This document shows positions 27,091 through 32,000 of a stretch of DNA of 32,000 nt, in pieces. Within the stretch, counting starts at the first letter, position 1. Each line of letters starts with the position of its first letter. The notes beneath the pieces are model-generated. The model was not told the DNA's origin. It worked only from the letters and a program-made list of their open reading frames with translations, and searched no databases. This stretch comes from Longivirga aurantiaca (GTDB lineage: Bacteria; Actinomycetota; Actinomycetes; S36-B12; CAIYMF01), in assembly GCF_042660085.1 (NCBI RefSeq), contig NZ_JBHSTI010000002.1, positions 60,001-92,000 of the forward strand. The letters are read 5' to 3'. The translations under genes and the position numbers were made by a program.

Positions 27091-27938
27091 GCGCCCGTTC
27101 CCGCCGCGGCACGCTCGCGATGCGGCCGTGGGACTGGTCGTTCCCGTCGCGCCCGGTGAGCCACCGCGAGGTCGTGTCCGCGCTGCCCGCCGAGGACTCC
27201 GGGAGGCCGCCGCTGCTCATGGTGCACGGCGTCGCGCACGCCGCCTGGTGCTTCGAGGAGAACTGGCTGCCCGCGGCTGCCGAGCAGGGCTGGCCGTCGT
27301 ACGCCGTGAGCCTGCGCGGGCATGGCGGCTCAGCCGGCGGCCGGCACCTCAAGCGCACGCTGACGCGCGACTACGTCCACGACGTCATGCAGACGATCAC
27401 CGAGCTGCCCGAGCCGCCCGTGCTCATCGGTCACTCGATGGGCGCGGTCGTAGCGCAGCTCGTCGCCGAGCGCTACCCGCTGCGCGGCCTCGTGCTGCTG
27501 ACGCCCGCCCCGCTGCACGCGGCGATCGGCGACCTGTGGGAGATCGCGAAGGACCGCCCGGTGGACGCGCTCGGCGCGGTGGTCGGCCGCACGCTCTCGA
27601 TGGAGCCCGAGATCCTGTTCGAGGGCCTCGACGCCGAGACCGCGCGGCGCTACTCCGACCGCACCCAGACCGAGTCGCCCCTCGTGCAGTGGGAGCTGCT
27701 CGTGCCGCGGAAGGTCGGCCCGGTGCGCTGCCCCGTGCTCGTCGTGGGCACGCCGTCCGACCGGCTCGTCCGGCCGGCCGACGTGCAGCGCACCGCGGAG
27801 CTGTACGGCGTCGAGCCGCAGTGGTTCCCCGGGATGGGTCACGACGTCATGCTCGACCGCGGCTGGGACCGCGTGCTCGACGCCGTCCTCGCCTTCGCCG
27901 CCGACCTCCCCGCCTGGGGCCAGGCCCCCGCCCGCTGA
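27087..27938 (+). CDS. alpha/beta-fold hydrolase
   Basis: LLMVHGVAHAAW and nucleophile elbow GHSMGA. ATG 27087 overlaps the FMO stop (ATGA). It corresponds to the last 283 aa of the 25620..27938 track ORF. Confidence 0.8.
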   Translation: MSARSRRGTLAMRPWDWSFPSRPVSHREVVSALPAEDSGRPPLLMVHGVAHAAWCFEENWLPAAAEQGWPSYAVSLRGHGGSAGGRHLKRTLTRDYVHDVMQTITELPEPPVLIGHSMGAVVAQLVAERYPLRGLVLLTPAPLHAAIGDLWEIAKDRPVDALGAVVGRTLSMEPEILFEGLDAETARRYSDRTQTESPLVQWELLVPRKVGPVRCPVLVVGTPSDRLVRPADVQRTAELYGVEPQWFPGMGHDVMLDRGWDRVLDAVLAFAADLPAWGQAPAR

Positions 27939-27987
27939 CACTGATCAGTGCGAGCGGGGTGGGTGGCCGGGCTGGGAGGATCGCGGC

Positions 27988-28326
27988 GTGACGACCATGA
28001 CGCCCGCCGAGCTGCTCGCGGCCTGGGACGCCGGCGAGGCGCCGGAGCGCACGGTCGTGCGCTCGGTGGTCAAGGCCTCGCTCGCAGAGCTGGTCGAGAA
28101 GGCCCCGGGCCGGGCGGTCGAGGTGCGCATCCCGCCGCATGCCGCGGTGCAGGCAGTCGAGGGCGGTACCCACCGCCGGGGTACGCCGCCCGCGGTGGTC
28201 GAGTGCGATGCTCGCACCTGGCTCGAGCTCGCCACCGGCCGGCTCGGCTGGGCCGACGCGGTCGCCGACGGCCGCGTGCGCGCCAGCGGCGAGCGCTCCG
28301 ACCTCTCCCACCTCCTGCCGCTGTAG
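27988..28326 (+). CDS. SCP2 / sterol-carrier-like family protein
   Basis: 112 aa ending ...VECDARTWLELATGRLGWADAVADGRVRASGERSDLSHLLPL, the pattern of actinobacterial sterol carrier family proteins. GGGAGGA lies 7 nt before GTG 27988. Confidence 0.6.
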   Translation: MTTMTPAELLAAWDAGEAPERTVVRSVVKASLAELVEKAPGRAVEVRIPPHAAVQAVEGGTHRRGTPPAVVECDARTWLELATGRLGWADAVADGRVRASGERSDLSHLLPL

Positions 28327-28464
28327 CCGTCGCTCGGCCGTGTGGGTGCGGTAGACCGGCCAGGTGCGTGGCAACGTCGTACGGCGGGGGCGCAGCATCG
28401 GTGCGGGCGCACGACAACCCCGGCGCGGCCCGTGCCATGCCGGCGGCGGACAGGGAGGTCTCCC

Positions 28465-28674
28465 ATGCTCGTGCTCGCCCGCAGCAACGGCCAGAGCGTC
28501 GTGCTCGACGACCGGATCGTCGTCACCGTCATCACCACGAGGACCGGCCTGGTGCGCCTCGGCATCGAGGCGCCTGACGGCGTCGGTGTGCGTCGGGGCG
28601 AGCTCGACCGGCACCAGCCCCAGCCGGGCGACCCCCGCCGCCGGGTCGGCCGCCCGGCGCCGCCCGCCCCCTGA
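28465..28674 (+). CDS. csrA: carbon storage regulator CsrA/RsmA-family RNA-binding protein homologue
   Basis: MLVLARSNGQSVVLDDRIVVTVITTRTGLVRLGIEAPDGVGVRRGELD aligns position-for-position with recalled E. coli CsrA ([47 protein letters not shown]) and B. subtilis CsrA ([47 protein letters not shown]). AGGGAGG lies 6 nt before ATG 28465. The C-terminal tail is Pro/Arg-rich. Confidence 0.75.
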   Translation: MLVLARSNGQSVVLDDRIVVTVITTRTGLVRLGIEAPDGVGVRRGELDRHQPQPGDPRRRVGRPAPPAP

Positions 28675-28965
28675 ATCGTCGCTGGAGAAGACTCGCGGCC
28701 CGTGGCCCGGCCTGCCAGGCTGACCCGTGTCCGCGGGGGCCGGGTGCTCGCCTGGAAGTCGTCCGTGTGTCCGGGAACTGCTGAATTCGCACGATTCGGT
28801 CACGATCGCGACGGATCCGGTGCCTGCCTGTCGATCTGACGACGGATACGTGGCTAAGGTTCGCCTCACACCGTGGGGCGCGGGCACGTCGTGCTCCCCG
28901 GTGCGCGCACCGGGGCGCCCCTCGGCTGCGCCGTACGCCGACGTGACGCGAGGACCAGCCCGCCC

Positions 28966-30021
28966 ATGACCGAGACCACCGACGCACCGGCTGACGCGTC
29001 GCTGCCCGCGATCCGGCTGCGCAGTCTGCGCAAGACCTTCGGCGAGGTGGTGGCCGTCGACTCGGTCGACCTCGACATCGCCGACGGCGAGTTCCTCACG
29101 CTGCTCGGCCCGTCGGGCTCGGGCAAGACCACCGTCCTGCGCATGATCGCCGGCTTCGAACTCCCCACCGCGGGCACGGTGGAGCTGGCCGGCGTCGACG
29201 TGACGCAGAAGGCTCCGTTCGACCGTGACGTCAACACGGTCTTCCAGGACTACGCGCTCTTCCCGCACATGAGCGTCCAGGAGAACGTCGAGTACGGCCT
29301 GAAGGTCAAGAAGGTCCCCAAGGCGGAGCGCCGCCAACGCGCCGAGGAGGCGCTCGCGTCCGTCCGCCTCGAGGGGTACGGCGACCGCAAGCCGACCGCG
29401 ATGTCCGGCGGCCAGCGCCAGCGTGTCGCCCTGGCCCGCGCGCTGGTCAACCGCCCCAAGGTCCTGCTGCTCGACGAGCCGCTCGGCGCCCTCGACCTCA
29501 AGCTCCGCGAGGAGATGCAGGTCGAGCTCAAGGCGATCCAGCGCGAGGTCGGCATCACGTTCGTGTTCGTGACGCACGACCAGGAAGAAGCGTTGACCAT
29601 GTCCGACCGCATCGCGGTCTTCAACAACGGTGGCATCGAGCAGATCGGCACGCCGGCGGAGGTCTACGAGCACCCCGCCACCGAGTTCGTGGCGGGATTC
29701 GTGGGCACCTCCAACCTGCTGCGCGGCGAGGCGTCTCGCGCGGTCCTCGGTCACGACGGCGTCTTCAGCGTGCGTCCGGAGAAGATCCGTGTCGCCGAGC
29801 CCGGTGCCGTGGCGGGCGAGGGCGAGGACTCCGCTCTCGGCAGGGTGCGCGAGGTCGTGTACGTGGGCAGCGGAACGCGGTACGTCGTCGACCTCGAGGT
29901 GGGCGGGTCGCTCGTCGCCCTCGAGCAGAACCAGCGCTCGACGTCGATGGACGTCATGGGCATGCGCGGCAGGCAGGTCCGCCTGGTGTGGCGCAAGGAG
30001 CACGAGTACAGGGTCGGCTGA
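28966..30021 (+). CDS. ABC transporter ATP-binding protein, PotA-like (spermidine/putrescine type)
   Basis: Walker [11 protein letters not shown]-loop, signature [15 protein letters not shown], Walker [12 protein letters not shown], and a C-terminal TOBE-like region. The true start is ATG 28966 (MTETTDAP...) rather than the track start 28873. Confidence 0.85.
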   Translation: MTETTDAPADASLPAIRLRSLRKTFGEVVAVDSVDLDIADGEFLTLLGPSGSGKTTVLRMIAGFELPTAGTVELAGVDVTQKAPFDRDVNTVFQDYALFPHMSVQENVEYGLKVKKVPKAERRQRAEEALASVRLEGYGDRKPTAMSGGQRQRVALARALVNRPKVLLLDEPLGALDLKLREEMQVELKAIQREVGITFVFVTHDQEEALTMSDRIAVFNNGGIEQIGTPAEVYEHPATEFVAGFVGTSNLLRGEASRAVLGHDGVFSVRPEKIRVAEPGAVAGEGEDSALGRVREVVYVGSGTRYVVDLEVGGSLVALEQNQRSTSMDVMGMRGRQVRLVWRKEHEYRVG

Positions 30022-30143
30022 CCCCCACAGGCTCGCGCGACCGATCGCATCGGTCGCACGGAGATCGGCACGCGGGACCTGTCCCGCGTGGGTAGACGGC
30101 TCGGCGGCTCTGCCGGGACGACCAGGGAGAGGGAGGTACGCAG

Positions 30144-31340
30144 GTGAAGAAGAGCCTGCTCAAGGTCGCAGCCATCGGCTCGGCCGTCGTCCTGCTCGCC
30201 GCATGCGGCAGCAGCGACAGTGGTTCCGGGGACGGCTCCGCCGCTCCCGGTGGCAGCGCTTACGCCGGTCCGGTCGGCGCAGGTGAGGGCACGCTGAACG
30301 TGCTCGCGTGGCCCGGGTACGCCGAGGACGGCTCGACCGACCCCGCCGTCGACTGGGTCAGCCCGTTCGAGGAGGCGACCGGCTGCCAGGTCAACGTCAA
30401 GGTCTTCGCGACCTCGAACGAGGCCTTCACGCTGTTCCAGTCCGGCCAGTACGACGTCGTCTCGGCGTCCGGCGACGCGTCGCTGCGCATGGTCTACGGC
30501 AACCTCGTCCAGCCGGTCAACACCGGCCTCGTCCCGAACTACGCCGACATCCTTCCCGAGCTGAAGAACCAGCCGTGGAACACCGTGGGCGAGACGAACT
30601 ACGGCGTCCCCCACGGTCGCGGCGCCAACCTGCTGCTGTACCCGACCAAGGATTACCCGACCGCGCCCGACTCGTGGGCCGAGATGTTCGAGGCGGACTC
30701 GCCCCTCAAGGGCCAGGTCGCACCGTACGGCGACGCCATCTACATCGCCGACGCGGCCGTCTACCTGATGGCTACGCAGCCCGACCTCGGCATCAAGAAC
30801 CCGTACGCGCTCGACCAGACCCAGTTCGACGCCGCCATCGCGCTGCTCGAGCAGCAGAAGCCGCTGGTCGCGTACTACTGGGGCGACCTGGTCAAGCAGG
30901 GCCAGGACATCGCCAACGGCACCGTGAAGCAGAGCCAGGGCTGGCAGCTCACGGCGAACTTCACCAACTCGAGCACGCCCGGCGCGGTCGGCTCGGTGAA
31001 GCCGAAGGAGGGCACCACCGGCTGGTCCGACACGTGGATGGTCAAGAAGGACACCAAGAGCATCAACTGCTCGTACCTCTGGCTCGACCACGTGGCCTCG
31101 CCCGAGGTCCAGGCTCAGATCGCCGAGTACTTCGGCGAGGCCCCGGCCAACATCAAGGCCTGCGACCTCACGAAGAACGCGAACCACTGCGAGGAGTTCC
31201 ACGCCAGCGAGTCCGACTACTGGGACGACGTCTGGTACTGGACCACACCGACCGAGGCCTGCCTCGACGGCCGTACGGACGTCAAGTGCGTCACGTACGA
31301 CGAGTGGGTCAAGGCGTGGTCGTCGCTGACGGCCGCCTGA
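30144..31340 (+). CDS. ABC transporter substrate-binding lipoprotein, PotD/PotF-like
   Basis: Signal peptide plus lipobox (VVLLAACGSS). LNVLAWPGYAEDG...FEEATGCQVNVKVFATSNEAF...YDVVSASGD is typical of polyamine-type family-1 binding proteins. GGGAGG lies 7 nt before GTG 30144. Confidence 0.8.
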   Translation: MKKSLLKVAAIGSAVVLLAACGSSDSGSGDGSAAPGGSAYAGPVGAGEGTLNVLAWPGYAEDGSTDPAVDWVSPFEEATGCQVNVKVFATSNEAFTLFQSGQYDVVSASGDASLRMVYGNLVQPVNTGLVPNYADILPELKNQPWNTVGETNYGVPHGRGANLLLYPTKDYPTAPDSWAEMFEADSPLKGQVAPYGDAIYIADAAVYLMATQPDLGIKNPYALDQTQFDAAIALLEQQKPLVAYYWGDLVKQGQDIANGTVKQSQGWQLTANFTNSSTPGAVGSVKPKEGTTGWSDTWMVKKDTKSINCSYLWLDHVASPEVQAQIAEYFGEAPANIKACDLTKNANHCEEFHASESDYWDDVWYWTTPTEACLDGRTDVKCVTYDEWVKAWSSLTAA

Positions 31341-31358
31341 CCGGTTCGGTCTGACCGG

Positions 31359-31388
31359 GTCCGGGTGGCGCCACGGCGCCACCCGGAC
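31359..31388 (+). other. strong intercistronic hairpin between the binding-protein and permease genes
   Basis: GTCCGGGTGGCGCC (31359-31372), AC, then GGCGCCACCCGGAC (31375-31388): 14-nt perfectly complementary arms, 19 nt after the stop codon. Confidence 0.5.
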
Positions 31389-31445
31389 CAACCCAGGATC
31401 TGACCCACTGCCCGTGTCTCACGGACGACGAAGGAGTACCACCTC

Positions 31446-32000
31446 ATGGCCAGCCAGACGGTGAGCCGGCCCGCGGCCGACGGCGGGCCGGGCCCGCTGC
31501 GCCGCGTGCAGTCCAGGCTGCACCGACGGCCCGGGCTGCGCGTGTCCGCGCTGCTCGCGCTGCCGATGACGTGGATGCTGCTGATCTACCTGATCCCGCT
31601 CGCCCTGATCTTCGTGACGGCGTTCTGGACGACGGACTCGTTCACAGGGCTGCTCCAGCGGTCGTTCTCGCTGGAGAACTTCCAGGACATCTTCACCGAC
31701 CCGAACTACTACCTCATGGTCGTGCGCACGGTCGGGATCGCCGCCGCGGTCACGGTCCTCTGCGTGCTGATCGGCCTGCCCATGGCCTTCTTCATGGCGC
31801 GGGTCGCCTCGCCCCGCTGGCAGCCGGCGCTCGTCGCGCTCGTGCTCACGCCGCTGTGGGCGTCGTACCTGGTGAAGGTCTACGCCTGGCGCACGATCCT
31901 CGCGCCCGAGGGCCCGGCCGAGTCCTGGCTCGGTGCGAGCCCGGGATACGGCCTGCCCGCGGTGGCGCTCACGCTCACCTACCTGTGGCTGCCGTACATG
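31446..32000 (+). CDS. ABC transporter permease, PotB-like (partial; continues beyond the right edge)
   Basis: ATG 31446 follows AAGGAG (31431-31436). The hydrophobic segments (LLALPMTWMLLIYLIPLALIFVTAFW..., VGIAAAVTVLCVLIGLPMAFFMA) are typical of binding-protein-dependent permeases. It is not in the track because it runs off the window. Confidence 0.8.
   Translation, partial: MASQTVSRPAADGGPGPLRRVQSRLHRRPGLRVSALLALPMTWMLLIYLIPLALIFVTAFWTTDSFTGLLQRSFSLENFQDIFTDPNYYLMVVRTVGIAAAVTVLCVLIGLPMAFFMARVASPRWQPALVALVLTPLWASYLVKVYAWRTILAPEGPAESWLGASPGYGLPAVALTLTYLWLPYM

Noticed and set aside
28675-28965. Possible CsrA-titrating or CsrA-target leader (GGA motifs) downstream of csrA
   Set aside because: I count six GGA triplets in 291 nt. 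This is about what base composition predicts, and none is obviously presented in a hairpin loop. There is no sequence-level support for an sRNA sponge. Only the SD-proximal AGGA before ATG 28966 is a generic candidate site.
27847-30003. 718-aa ORF on the minus strand
   Set aside because: It is antisense to the SCP2-like, csrA and PotA-like genes, has no recognisable domains, and is a high-GC artefact.
29751-31391. 546-aa minus-strand ORF
   Set aside because: It is antisense to the PotA-like and PotD-like genes and has no motifs.

Overview
High-GC actinobacterial-type chromosomal window with two compositional regimes. All similarity calls are by-eye motif recognition; no searches were run.

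**Lower-GC island (1 to ~17.77 kb; about 58-60% GC in hand-counted 60-nt lines).** It is an aromatic-type catabolic island containing:
- a partial IclR regulator;
- a Liv-type ABC importer whose lipoprotein binding-protein gene is separated from its permease/ATPase genes by a ferredoxin reductase and a meta-cleavage-product (MCP) hydrolase;
- a GntR/FCD regulator;
- a HisD-family protein in which the zinc-ligand and catalytic motifs appear replaced;
- an operon of MCP hydrolase paralogue, Rieske oxygenase alpha and beta, extradiol dioxygenase, small ferredoxin, third hydrolase, PPOX-like protein and flavin amine oxidase.

The island ends in a scar (17393-17772) made of a PPOX 3' fragment, a binding-protein pseudogene fragment and a 17-codon IS3/IS6110-like transposase fragment. 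The scar sits a few nt from the stop codon of a class-III aminotransferase.

**Higher-GC, core-like remainder (about 67-78% GC in sampled lines).** It holds the aminotransferase, a small ORF coupled to an amidohydrolase, and a second small lower-GC islet (dodecin, cupin, truncated PPOX pseudogene). It then holds purS-purQ-purL, an FMO-type monooxygenase coupled to an alpha/beta hydrolase, an SCP2-like protein, a stand-alone CsrA homologue, and a PotA/PotD/PotB-like ABC importer (permease partial).

**Most notable observations:**
- a 32-bp perfect palindrome at the HisD-like start codon, and a recurrent ATGTYACC box in five intergenic regions;
- leaderless-type promoter geometry at three genes;
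- the HisD-like pseudoenzyme;
- a dioxygenase pathway with three hydrolases but no dihydrodiol dehydrogenase;
- the mosaic island junctions, marked by three copies of one gene's 3' end;
- the orphan CsrA.

No tRNA, rRNA or CRISPR array was recognised.
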